64,000 bases of DNA, from positions 6,118-70,117 of the forward strand of contig QEUQ01000001.1 in assembly GCA_003577105.1 (NCBI GenBank), read 5' to 3'. How positions within the stretch are numbered: the stretch's first letter is position 1; every line of letters begins with the position of its first letter. The notes below the pieces were generated by a model. The model saw only the letters and a list, made by a program, of their open reading frames with translations. It did not search any database and was not told the origin of the DNA. The position numbers and the translations under genes were made by a program. Source of the DNA: Acidobacteriota bacterium. Its GTDB lineage: Bacteria > Actinomycetota > Acidimicrobiia > ATN3. This document shows, piece by piece, positions 28,317-37,145 of the stretch.

Positions 28317-28949
28317 CTAGAAGAGCTCCATCTGCGTTGCAGACTCGTCGTTGTCGGTGGAATCACCTTCCATGGCGGATGCGGCTATTTCAGCGATGAG
28401 GGCGAAGTCCGATCGTGATTCGGCCATCAGATTTGTCCGACCGCCTCGCAGTAACGCCGCGGGGTGATAGGTGGGAATGAGAACACTGCCCCCCCTGAAC
28501 GGAAACTGCTGCCCTCTGAGGCGAGTTATCCCCACCTGCCTCTTGAGAAGCAACTGGGTCGCGAAATTCCCCAAAGTACAAATGACTCGGGGCTCAATCA
28601 CATCGATTTGGCCGCGCAGAAAATGACCGCACGATTCGATTTCGTCGGGACGCGGGTCGCGGTTGTTAGGGGGTCGGCACTTGAGGACATTGGCAATGTA
28701 GACGTCTTGGCGGGCAAGTCCGACCTCACCGAGCAAGGTATCGAGGAGCTTTCCCGCTCGGCCAACGAAAGGTACGCCTTGCTCGTCTTCGTGCATACCC
28801 GGTGCCTCACCGACGAACATCACTCTCGAATGTGGGTTACCCGAGCCAAAGACCACCTGAGTTCGAGTCTCGGCGAGGCCGCAGGCGGTGCATCCCGATG
28901 CCTCGGCAGCGAGCCGGGCAAGCTCGTCCCCGCTCGTCAATTCCGTCAC
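28317..28949 (-). CDS. udg: Uracil-DNA glycosylase, family 4
   Basis: Motif A is GEAPG and motif B is [12 protein letters not shown], the expected family-4 spacing. There is also a C-terminal HPAALLR-type motif (YHPAALLRG). Confidence 0.85.
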   Translation of the reverse strand: MTELTSGDELARLAAEASGCTACGLAETRTQVVFGSGNPHSRVMFVGEAPGMHEDEQGVPFVGRAGKLLDTLLGEVGLARQDVYIANVLKCRPPNNRDPRPDEIESCGHFLRGQIDVIEPRVICTLGNFATQLLLKRQVGITRLRGQQFPFRGGSVLIPTYHPAALLRGGRTNLMAESRSDFALIAEIAASAMEGDSTDNDESATQMELF

Positions 28950-30076
28950 ATGTACACCCGAGGTACGCGCTTGCCGATGCGAGCAAGCACCTCATAGGAA
29001 ATGGTGCCCGCCCTCTCGGCGAGTTCCGTCGCGGTGATCTCTTCATTGCCCTGCCTGCCGAGAAGCACGACCTCGTCTCCTGGATCGACATGCGCCTCGC
29101 CAAGATCAACGGTGATGTTGTCCATCGATACGGCACCGGCTACAGGGAAGCGCTTCCCGCCAATCAGCACCTCCGCGCGATTGCCCAGCGATCTGAAATA
29201 TCCGTCGGCGTAACCTACTGGGATTGTGGCAACGCGCCCACTTGCCGGCATGCGGTAGGTGAGGCCGTATCCAACCGGCGCCCCCGCAGGAAGCTGCTTG
29301 GCATAGGCGACCTTGGCCTTCCAAGCGAGCGCCGGTTGGAGCGTCAGCCCTGCAGGCAATCGCCTCCCGGGCGATGGCGGTACCCCATATATCGAGATGC
29401 CGACGCGGACCAAGGAGTAGCGAGCGTCGGCATGGTAAATCGCCCCGGCCGAGTTCGCGGCGTGGCGAAGCGCCGATGGCGCGTTGATCGCGTTGAGCAC
29501 GCGCTCGAAGCCATGCACCTGGTCAATTGTGTAGGGGTTCTCGACTTCATCCGACGCTGCGAGGTGGGTCCAAACACCGCTGAGCTCGACGTTGCGAGTC
29601 GCCGCTATCTTCTCGGCCAATTCCAGTGCCCGCTCCGGGCTTGCCCCAAGCCGGTGCATGCCGGTATCGACTTTCAGGTGGACCGAGATACCGGCATCTC
29701 CAGCCGCCTTCGAAAGTGCGGCGAGCATGGTCTCGGTATAGATGGCCGGCGTCAGTCCGGCCGCGACGATCTCGGGGGCCGACTCCGGGGGAGGCTCTGC
29801 GAGGAGAAGTATCGGTACGCCGATACCTGCATCACGCAGCGTGCGCCCCTCTTCGAGCAGGGCAACTGCGAGCCAAGCCGCACCGCCCTCGATAGCGGCG
29901 CGGGCGACCTCCACTGATCCATGGCCGTAGCCGTCGGCCTTTACGACGGCGGCAATCGGAACTCCACAGAACTCGTTGAGAGCCTTGATGTTGGCGGCGA
30001 TCGCGGTGAGATCGACCTCGACCCAGCACGGACGAGAGCCCGGCCGTGGCGGAGTCTCCTTCGCCGATACCGTCAA
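28946..30076 (-). CDS. alr: Alanine racemase
   Basis: The PLP-lysine motif AVVKADGYGHG is present and the fold-type III barrel is full length, with the C-terminal beta domain. Confidence 0.9.
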   Translation of the reverse strand: MTVSAKETPPRPGSRPCWVEVDLTAIAANIKALNEFCGVPIAAVVKADGYGHGSVEVARAAIEGGAAWLAVALLEEGRTLRDAGIGVPILLLAEPPPESAPEIVAAGLTPAIYTETMLAALSKAAGDAGISVHLKVDTGMHRLGASPERALELAEKIAATRNVELSGVWTHLAASDEVENPYTIDQVHGFERVLNAINAPSALRHAANSAGAIYHADARYSLVRVGISIYGVPPSPGRRLPAGLTLQPALAWKAKVAYAKQLPAGAPVGYGLTYRMPASGRVATIPVGYADGYFRSLGNRAEVLIGGKRFPVAGAVSMDNITVDLGEAHVDPGDEVVLLGRQGNEEITATELAERAGTISYEVLARIGKRVPRVYM

Positions 30077-30546
30077 TCTGAGTCCCGTGCGAGGGCTGCG
30101 ACAACGTCGTGACGCGAGACGATTCCAATCACGCGATCGCCGTCAACCACCGGAACCCTGCTCAAGTGGTGATCCTTGATCAGAGTTGCCACGTCTTCGA
30201 GGGTCGCCGAGGCATCAACCATGTATGGCTTGTCATCCATGATTTCTCCGACAGTGGTCAATCCCGCCGAGGCGCGAATCTCGTCTTCGAAGCGCCTGAC
30301 CGAGCCGGGAATTGGAATCGCACCACCGAAGATCTGGATGTAGGTCGGAAAGTGGACCCGCGCATCCTCAATTACAAGATCGTCGTCCTCAATCAATCCA
30401 AGGAGCTTGCCATCGGCATCCACGACCGGCGCGCCACTGATATCTCGCTCAATGAAGACTCTCGCCGCGTCCTCGATCGTCATGTCCGAGCTAACTGACA
30501 CAACGGGCTTCGACATGATTTCTGTGACGGGCAGTTCACGAGGCAA
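30073..30546 (-). CDS. CBS-pair domain protein
   Basis: Two tandem CBS motifs (IMSKPVVSVSSDMTIEDAARVF..., ...EIMDDKPYMVDASATLEDVATLIKDHHLSRVPVVD). Confidence 0.8.
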   Translation of the reverse strand: MPRELPVTEIMSKPVVSVSSDMTIEDAARVFIERDISGAPVVDADGKLLGLIEDDDLVIEDARVHFPTYIQIFGGAIPIPGSVRRFEDEIRASAGLTTVGEIMDDKPYMVDASATLEDVATLIKDHHLSRVPVVDGDRVIGIVSRHDVVAALARDSD

Positions 30547-30653
30547 GACGGGCTCCTGTCTTCTGAATCGGGATGCGCAGTTCCACCGCGCCGCAGCCGT
30601 CAGAGCGAGTGCGACGACTGACCGTTGTTGTGCTGAACCCTATAGCGGAGCGC

Positions 30654-32201
30654 TCAATCAGTCAGGCCGCCTTGGCGAATCGCGTCGATCGCGTCAGGCA
30701 CCGCCCCAGCCACCGCGAGCGCGGTCACGCCAGCTCCGCCTGATCGACTGCCCGCAATGCTCCCCGCAAGGCCATGCACAAATGCAGCTGCAGCTCCTGC
30801 TTGGTTTGGAGGCACCGACTGCGCAACAAGTCCGGCGACGATCCCCGTCAACACGTCGCCTGAGCCGGCCGTGGCGAGTTCTGGGCCCCCGGTCGGATTC
30901 ACGGCGATGGGAACGTCTGGCGCCGCAATAAGTGTGCGCGAACCTTTGAGCACGACAACACATCCCCACTTCCCCGCTACGGTCGCCGCCAAATCGAGCC
31001 TCTCCGCCTCGACGTCTGATGTCGTCGCTCCGAGCATCCGAGCTAATTCGCCCGGATGTGGCGTGATGACGGTTGGCGCGCTTCGCCTCCCGATAACCGA
31101 AGCAGCGGTAGTGCCTAGCAAGTTGAGCCCGTCGGCATCGACCACGATGGGCTTTTCGACTCCCCTCAAGACGCCGGTTACGAACTTGCCCGTTGACGGA
31201 TCTCTGCCTAACCCTGGTCCAATTGCAACGACTCCGAAGCGATCTGAATTGGCAACGACTTGCTCAAGTGCCTCTTCATCGATGGTGCCATCCGCTGTCT
31301 CAGGCAGACCCAACGTCATGATCTCCGGCGACGTTGCTGCTAAAGCGGGCTGGATCGATTTGGGTACGCAGGCTGTGACGATTCCAGCCCCGCTGATCAA
31401 GGCGGAACGTGCAGCCATGATTGCAGCCCCCGACATCCCGCGAGATCCTGCAACGATCAGAACGGAGCCTGCGCTCCACTTGTGCGCTACGACCGAACGC
31501 CTCGGAAGTATGCGGTTGATGTCCTCGTACTCAAACACAACAGCCGATGGCTCAAGACCCTCCGTCGATATGCCTATTGGCGCAATCTCGATACGCCCGG
31601 CATAAACCGGCCCCGCTCCTGCGATTAGACCCGTCTTCACCGCCTCGATCGCGACCGTCAGATCAGCTCGGATTGCGGGGCCTGAGACCTCACCTGAACT
31701 CCCGTTGACGCCTGAAGGCACGTCGATTGAAATCACCGGCCGCCCTGAGGTCCCAACAGCTCTCACCCATTCGGCAGCGGCGCCGCTGAGACTGCCGTGA
31801 AAGCCGGTTCCAAAGAGCGCGTCGACGATTAAGTCAGATTCGCCGCATGCGTCAACCAAGAGCGACGCCGCAGGACTTCCGACCGCGACTCGCAACGGAA
31901 CCAACCTCTCGTACATGGCAAGCGGGTCACCGCTGAGATCTCCAGCTGGCGTCAGCAGCGCGACCTTGACGAGAGCCCCAGCCCTCTGCAGCTTTCGAGC
32001 GACGACAAGTCCGTCGCCGCCGTTGTTGCCGCTCCCGGCGAGGACTGTGACTCGCTTTCCATACGCTCCACCAAGCATGCGTTGAGCATGGACCGCTACA
32101 GCCGAACCGGCACGCTCCATGAGGACAATCCCTGGAGTACCTCCGGCAATTGCGCGACGGTCGCACTCGGCCATCTGCTGCGGGGTCAAGACTTCCAACA
32201 T
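30654..32201 (-). CDS. nnr: Bifunctional NAD(P)H-hydrate repair enzyme Nnr (epimerase plus ADP-dependent dehydratase)
   Basis: N-terminal YjeF_N domain (MERAGSAVAVHA...VLAGSGNNGGDGLVVAR) and C-terminal carbohydrate-kinase-like domain (GLLAQ..AAAAFVHGLAG). Confidence 0.9.
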   Translation of the reverse strand: MLEVLTPQQMAECDRRAIAGGTPGIVLMERAGSAVAVHAQRMLGGAYGKRVTVLAGSGNNGGDGLVVARKLQRAGALVKVALLTPAGDLSGDPLAMYERLVPLRVAVGSPAASLLVDACGESDLIVDALFGTGFHGSLSGAAAEWVRAVGTSGRPVISIDVPSGVNGSSGEVSGPAIRADLTVAIEAVKTGLIAGAGPVYAGRIEIAPIGISTEGLEPSAVVFEYEDINRILPRRSVVAHKWSAGSVLIVAGSRGMSGAAIMAARSALISGAGIVTACVPKSIQPALAATSPEIMTLGLPETADGTIDEEALEQVVANSDRFGVVAIGPGLGRDPSTGKFVTGVLRGVEKPIVVDADGLNLLGTTAASVIGRRSAPTVITPHPGELARMLGATTSDVEAERLDLAATVAGKWGCVVVLKGSRTLIAAPDVPIAVNPTGGPELATAGSGDVLTGIVAGLVAQSVPPNQAGAAAAFVHGLAGSIAGSRSGGAGVTALAVAGAVPDAIDAIRQGGLTD

Positions 32202-32222
32202 AGGCCTGATGCTAACGCTGAC

Positions 32223-32636
32223 TCACGGAGAAAGCGCGGCCGCTACGGCGAGGGCAAGTTCACGAGAGTGCGTGAGTGAGATCTCGATGCGCGCAATCCC
32301 GAGAACTTGTGCTCGTCGGGCCGCGCTACCGGTCAGAAGCACACCGGGTTTTCCGTCGCCGGTCACGCAAATCTCCCTCCAGGCAACTTGCCCCAGCCCA
32401 ATTCCCATCGCCTTCATCACAGCCTCTTTCGCGGCAAAACGAACTGCAAAGTGCTTCGCCGTATTGACTCTTGCCTCGCAGTATTGGCGCTCCTCCGGTG
32501 CGAAGACACGCTCGACAAATCGAGGTCTCTTCGCAATCGCGGCGCCAATCCTTTCGATCTCAATTGCATCAATCCCGAGTCCGATCACTGACGAAGGACC
32601 GCTGGAGTCACCGAGGATCGTGTCTGTCTGCGTCAT
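32223..32636 (-). CDS. acpS: Holo-[acyl-carrier-protein] synthase (4'-phosphopantetheinyl transferase)
   Basis: VIGLGIDAIEIERI ... the typical AcpS core of 120-137 aa. The true start may be the internal GTG at about 32588. Confidence 0.85.
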   Translation of the reverse strand: MTQTDTILGDSSGPSSVIGLGIDAIEIERIGAAIAKRPRFVERVFAPEERQYCEARVNTAKHFAVRFAAKEAVMKAMGIGLGQVAWREICVTGDGKPGVLLTGSAARRAQVLGIARIEISLTHSRELALAVAAALSP

Positions 32637-34474
32637 TCGACGGTCACCGTCTTCGCGAGATTCCTCGGCTTATCCACGTCGAGCCCGCGGCTGAGAGCAA
32701 TTTCATACGCGAACAGTTGGCAAGGAACGACATCAATAAGCGGGCTCAGCATCTCGCTCACTTCAGGCACAGTGAATGCGAAATCGGCCTCCTCAATTGC
32801 CGCGTCATCGCCATCATTTGCAATCACGAGCACCGTTGCTCCTCGCGCCTTCATCTCCTGCATGTTCGAGAGCACTTTTGCCTTCACATGCCCCGAGGTA
32901 GCAATGACAACCACGACCACGCCCGGCTCGACGAGCGCTATTGGGCCATGCTTCATCTCACCGGCGGCATACCCCTCGGCGTGGAGGTACGAGATCTCCT
33001 TGAGCTTCAGAGCGCCCTCCATTGCTACGGGATACCCGACCCCTCGCCCCAGAAAGAAGAAGTCTTTCGATCTGCCTACCGACTGCGACGCCCGTTTCGC
33101 CTGCTCGCTCCAGCTCTCGAGGTTGGCATCGACGAGGCCGGGAATTCGACCCAACTCGGTTGCGATCTCGCCAATCTCGTGTGACGAGAGCGACTCCCTC
33201 ACCTGAGCCAGATATAAGGCGAGCAGCTCCATGGCAGCCATCTGAGCCGTAAAGGTCTTAGTCGCTGCGACACCAACCTCGGGTCCGGCACGCGTGTAAA
33301 GCACGGCGTCTGCCTCGCGCGCCATCGACGAATCGACGACGTTGCAGACTGCCACGACCCTCGCTCCAAGGCTCTTTGCATACCTACAGGCAGCCACCGT
33401 ATCTGCGGTCTCGCCCGACTGCGACACGGCTACGACCAGTGCCTTGTCATCGAGAACTGGATCGCGGTATCGAAACTCTGAGGCCAGATCGATCTCGACC
33501 GGAATCCGCGCCCAATGCTCGATGGCGTATTTGGCCACCATTCCCGCATGAAATGACGTTCCGCATGCGACAACGACGATCTTGTTGATGTTTCTGAGAA
33601 AACCCTCGTCGCCGTGGACCTCATCGAGACGGAGCTTTCCATCTTCGAATCGGCCCCGGATCGTGTCTCTGATCGCGCTCGGCTGCTCGTGAATTTCCTT
33701 GAGCATGAAGTCCGGATAGCCGGCCTTCTCCGGCGACTGCAGATCCCAGTTGATCTCCTTGGGCTCGACCGCGACTTTGGCCCCGTCGGATGCGAAGACC
33801 GTGATCTCACCTGGACCAACCTCTGCCACTTGCCCATCGGACATGACCACGACTCGCCGCGTGTGCTCAAGGATTGCAGGAATGTCCGATGCCACAACGG
33901 CCGAGTCGCTCCCTATACCGACTAGCAAGGGCGAATCGCGCCTGACTGCGACAAGGCGGCCGGGATCGTCTCTGTCGATTGTCACCATCGCCACGGACCC
34001 TTCCACCTCCCCGAGCACTTCAAGAGCAGCTTCAGACAGCGACCTACCCTCAGAAAGCCCTTCTTCGAGAAGGTGGGCTAGGAGTTCAGAGTCGGTAGCG
34101 GACTTGAGATCATGGCCTCGCTCTCTTAGTGCAGCAGCGAGTGAGCGGTGGTTTTCGATGATTCCGTTGTGCACGATCGCGATTCGGCCCGTGCAGTCAG
34201 AGTGAGGATGAGCGTTGATACCTGTAGGTGCTCCGTGCGTAGCCCATCTGGTGTGACCAATGCCGAGCGTCGCAGCCCTGGCCGCGATTCCCGAATCATC
34301 GACCCTCGAAGCGAGATCCCCGACCTTGCCTGCGCACTTCTCGATCTCGATCGCACCATCACCGACAACTGCAACGCCGGCCGAGTCATAACCTCGATAT
34401 TCGAGTCGGTGCAGTCCATCAACTAGAACACCAAGGGCAGCCTCGGAGCCGACGTAACCCACAATTCCACACAT
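32633..34474 (-). CDS. glmS: Glutamine--fructose-6-phosphate aminotransferase (isomerising)
   Basis: MCGIVGYVG provides the N-terminal Cys nucleophile. Two SIS domains and the C-terminal ...TVTVE follow. Confidence 0.95.
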   Translation of the reverse strand: MCGIVGYVGSEAALGVLVDGLHRLEYRGYDSAGVAVVGDGAIEIEKCAGKVGDLASRVDDSGIAARAATLGIGHTRWATHGAPTGINAHPHSDCTGRIAIVHNGIIENHRSLAAALRERGHDLKSATDSELLAHLLEEGLSEGRSLSEAALEVLGEVEGSVAMVTIDRDDPGRLVAVRRDSPLLVGIGSDSAVVASDIPAILEHTRRVVVMSDGQVAEVGPGEITVFASDGAKVAVEPKEINWDLQSPEKAGYPDFMLKEIHEQPSAIRDTIRGRFEDGKLRLDEVHGDEGFLRNINKIVVVACGTSFHAGMVAKYAIEHWARIPVEIDLASEFRYRDPVLDDKALVVAVSQSGETADTVAACRYAKSLGARVVAVCNVVDSSMAREADAVLYTRAGPEVGVAATKTFTAQMAAMELLALYLAQVRESLSSHEIGEIATELGRIPGLVDANLESWSEQAKRASQSVGRSKDFFFLGRGVGYPVAMEGALKLKEISYLHAEGYAAGEMKHGPIALVEPGVVVVVIATSGHVKAKVLSNMQEMKARGATVLVIANDGDDAAIEEADFAFTVPEVSEMLSPLIDVVPCQLFAYEIALSRGLDVDKPRNLAKTVTVE

Positions 34475-34527
34475 CTAAGTCCCTCCGGATCAGGGAATAC
34501 GGAAATGCGGAATGCGGCAATCTCGCG

Positions 34528-34546
34528 CGTTCAACAGATTCCGGCG
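34528..34546. promoter_or_regulatory. 9-1-9 perfect palindrome ATTCCGGCG-T-CGCCGGAAT, 54 bp upstream of the glmS start
   Basis: Read directly from the sequence. It lies inside the 535-bp glmS/whiB intergenic region. A tandem AATGCGG-AATGCGG repeat lies 15 bp away. Confidence 0.3.
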
Positions 34547-34960
34547 TCGCCGGAATTGTCCACTCCAGCTGTGCCTCTGTCGCCGGCGTTTCCGCCGGGT
34601 TTTCTTCACAACTGTCACGACTGTGGTCGCCGAGGGGTACCCGCCGAGTGTTTCGATAACCGGTGTTGGACTCGCTTCAATTCAAGTCACCCTCTGCTGG
34701 AATATGCAGAGCGCCGATTCAAACCCCTACCTCGTCACCCTTGACGTCCCCCGGGATTCCAGAACCGGGGGCCCCGCCGGCATAGCCGCCGGGGGTCAAG
34801 GGCCAGGCGCTTCGATATTCGATTTTGCATCGCCCGGACCCGATCAGAAATTGAATCAATCGAGTCCAAGACGCCTTCGTGCTGCATTCCGCAACTGATC
34901 AAGTCTAGTGCCGAAATCAGCGGCAGACACTCAAATTGCGCCCGTCCGGTCAAGTCCCAC

Positions 34961-34988
34961 TTGCATCTCACGGCCGAATCCGTAAAAT
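34961..34988 (+). promoter_or_regulatory. Candidate sigma-A type promoter for whiB (TTGCAT-16 nt-TAAAAT)
   Basis: A near-consensus -35 (TTGCAT) and -10 (TAAAAT) with a 16-nt spacer. It is followed by the AT-rich direct repeat AATTACAC-N6-AATTACAC (34986-35007). Confidence 0.45.
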
Positions 34989-35069
34989 TACACAATCGTA
35001 ATTACACGGATGGCTTTTCCGGGGACTCGGGCGATTATGGGGAAGCCGCAGACCCAAAGGGTGGGGCTG

Positions 35070-35351
35070 ATGCAATCAACGGCACATGTCTGGATCGAAG
35101 AAGAAGTTGCCGGCTGGCAGGAGCACGCCAACTGCTTGGGTGTGGACCCAGATCTCTTCTTCCCCGAAAGGGGCGCGTCCACGCGAGAAGCTAAGGCGGT
35201 CTGCGCTGTGTGCACCGTCCGAGTCGAATGTCTCGAGTACGCGCTCGGCAATGCGGAGAAGTTCGGCATCTGGGGCGGAATGAGCGAAAGGGAGCGCCGC
35301 AGGATTAGGCGCCTTCGCCAGCAACAGGCGCGTGCCCAACGGGCTGTCTGA
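35070..35351 (+). CDS. whiB: WhiB-family [4Fe-4S] transcriptional regulator
   Basis: Four Cys in a C-X(n)-C-X2-C-X5-C arrangement (ANCLG...CAVCTVRVEC), the GIWGG turn and a basic C-terminal tail (RERRRIRRLRQQ). The start is chosen at MQSTAHVW because an AAAGGGTGGGG ribosome-binding site precedes it. The ORF is open from 35010. Confidence 0.85.
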   Translation: MQSTAHVWIEEEVAGWQEHANCLGVDPDLFFPERGASTREAKAVCAVCTVRVECLEYALGNAEKFGIWGGMSERERRRIRRLRQQQARAQRAV

Positions 35352-35395
35352 GCCGGCACCAAGGGCGGGATTCAACTTGAAGACAGCTGAGGCGC

Positions 35396-36304
35396 TTACG
35401 CGATCCGGTTCTCGAGAACTTGTTCCCCACCGATCCCGCACGCCTCAAGGACCTCTTCGCTGCATCCGGCCAAGGCGATCGCCGGAGCCAGCCCGACGAG
35501 CTCCCCGCCCCGGACGCCCACGCCGCGCCGTACCGCAGCGCGCTGCACCGCCTCGAAAGCCTCCCCGACCCCTGCTCGTTCCGGCTCCGTAAGGTTCATC
35601 GATACCTGAGCCAATGAACGCGAGGGAAGAAATAGCCCAAGCGCTCGAACTCCAGGAAGCCCGCCACCTCGCTCCCGAACCTCCGCGGCGACTTCTGACA
35701 CAATCCTCGCCAGTTCATCGTGATCGCGCTCGCCTGCTGAATCCTCTATCCAAACGTTGAACGCGACCATCGACGGTCTAGCTCCGACCGCCACAGCTCC
35801 TGCCGTTGGATGCGGTCGCGGATCGCCGAAATCGGGCGGGTACTCGGCCATATGTCGTCCGAGCTTCTCGAACGGGACTCGGATCGCCGGCAACTCCGAT
35901 CCGCTCATTCGCATTGACGCATCACCGTAGAGATATACCGGTACCCCAAACCGCTCCCAGAGGGCCGCTCCCGATTCACGAGCACAGGCAACTGCCTCGG
36001 CCATCGACGACTGTCCGAGCGGCACGAAGGGCACCACGTCAAGTGCTCCCATTCGTGGATGCACGCCGACGTGAGCGTTGAGGTCAATGGAGTCGGCGCA
36101 GTAGCCTCCGAGGCTCAGAACCGCATTCCGGATTTCGTCGCTAGAGCCTGCCAGGGTGAATACGGACCTATTGTGATCTGCATCGCGGTGCACATCGAGC
36201 AGGCCCGGAGAGGCGGGAGCGCTACTGACCGCAGCTGCCGCTCCGTCGATCACCTCGCCCCGCGCACCTTCGGAGATGTTGGGTACTGCCTCAATGAGCT
36301 TCAT
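35396..36304 (-). CDS. ftcD: Glutamate formimidoyltransferase (FtcD N-terminal formiminotransferase domain, stand-alone)
   Basis: MKLIEAVPNISEGARGEVID... is a formiminotransferase N-subdomain match. At about 300 aa it has no cyclodeaminase domain. The long N-terminal extension of the ORF (to 36754) is non-homologous. Confidence 0.75.
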   Translation of the reverse strand: MKLIEAVPNISEGARGEVIDGAAAAVSSAPASPGLLDVHRDADHNRSVFTLAGSSDEIRNAVLSLGGYCADSIDLNAHVGVHPRMGALDVVPFVPLGQSSMAEAVACARESGAALWERFGVPVYLYGDASMRMSGSELPAIRVPFEKLGRHMAEYPPDFGDPRPHPTAGAVAVGARPSMVAFNVWIEDSAGERDHDELARIVSEVAAEVRERGGGLPGVRALGLFLPSRSLAQVSMNLTEPERAGVGEAFEAVQRAAVRRGVGVRGGELVGLAPAIALAGCSEEVLEACGIGGEQVLENRIA

Positions 36305-37145
36305 AATTCGCGAGGCTATCCGGTATGCGGACACCCGCGGGAGGAATCTGATCTCAACTAGCTTCGCACTAGGAGTCGTCTCGACGGCACTTGTGACTCT
36401 CGGCTTCCTGGCCCTGGCAGGACAGCTGCATTCCCGCAAGGTTCGGGCTCGCGAGTCACACCCCAGCAGCCGCGCCTTGCCCTTCGAAGCTCCCGCGGGG
36501 CCAATCGCTTCCGGGGCCCCAATCGCGCAGCCAGGGCCAGAACCAACAGGTGCCCACGAGGAAGGGGCCCCCGCCCCTTCCTCGGGCGAAGCGGTGCATC
36601 GAAAGGGCCGGATTCGCCACATTGAGGCCCATCGCGGAATACCCGAGTTGATCCATGCGCTCGGCCGTGAAGATGAAAGGCTCCTGACTTCCGACGAGAC
36701 AATGCTGCCAATCGCAGAGGCGTTTGCCCTCCCTTCTCGTTTCGACCGCCACATTTCAGATGCGGGTTATCTCGATCTCGAGACCCTCCTCGTGGAGGTG
36801 CTCGAGGAGACCGGGTACAACGTCCGTCCTGAAAGAGGCGACTTGATCGCAACAAGGGGCGACGACCGACTCGTCCTCCGCGTGCTTCCATGGGATGGCA
36901 CCTTCTCCACCGTCGGGCGACGCAGTGTGGAGCGCTTTGCTGACGACTTCCTCAAGTCGGGAGCTACTGATGGGATCTGCCTTTCCGAAGCGGCAATGCC
37001 GAAAGCGGCAATGGAGCTCGAATCGGAGACGGCCGGGCTTTGGTTTGTAGGAAGGAGTCGCCTCGCGCGATTCCTGGAGTCAATCGACGGGGCAATGGCA
37101 TTTGGCAGCAAACGTCAAGTTGACGGCTCAGTCGGTGGCCAGTGA
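36276..37145 (+). CDS. Membrane-anchored protein with a C-terminal restriction-endonuclease-like (Mrr_cat-like) domain
   Basis: An N-terminal TM helix (LGVVSTALVTLGFLALAGQL), a Pro/Ala-rich linker, then LETLLVEVLEETGYNV...GDLIATRGDDRLVLRVLPWDGT..VGRRSVERFADDF...GICLS, which resembles the Mrr catalytic fold. An Arg replaces the usual QCK lysine. The start is uncertain (ATG 36276 or 36294, or CTG 36348). The first two options overlap the divergent ftcD start. Confidence 0.45.
   Translation: MLGTASMSFIIREAIRYADTRGRNLISTSFALGVVSTALVTLGFLALAGQLHSRKVRARESHPSSRALPFEAPAGPIASGAPIAQPGPEPTGAHEEGAPAPSSGEAVHRKGRIRHIEAHRGIPELIHALGREDERLLTSDETMLPIAEAFALPSRFDRHISDAGYLDLETLLVEVLEETGYNVRPERGDLIATRGDDRLVLRVLPWDGTFSTVGRRSVERFADDFLKSGATDGICLSEAAMPKAAMELESETAGLWFVGRSRLARFLESIDGAMAFGSKRQVDGSVGGQ

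Noticed and set aside
34475-35009. Possible glmS ribozyme upstream of glmS.
   Set aside because: The glmS ribozyme is a Firmicutes-type element. I could not recognise its conserved core (the pseudoknotted P2/P2.1 sequence) in the minus-strand leader. The palindrome present is a simple hairpin or operator. A covariance-model scan would settle it.
36456-36891. ORFs of 98 and 177 aa on the minus strand overlapping the Mrr_cat-like gene (36358-36891 and 36456-36752).
   Set aside because: They lie entirely antisense to a longer ORF with domain support. Their composition is Arg/Gly/Pro-rich and they have no ribosome-binding site.
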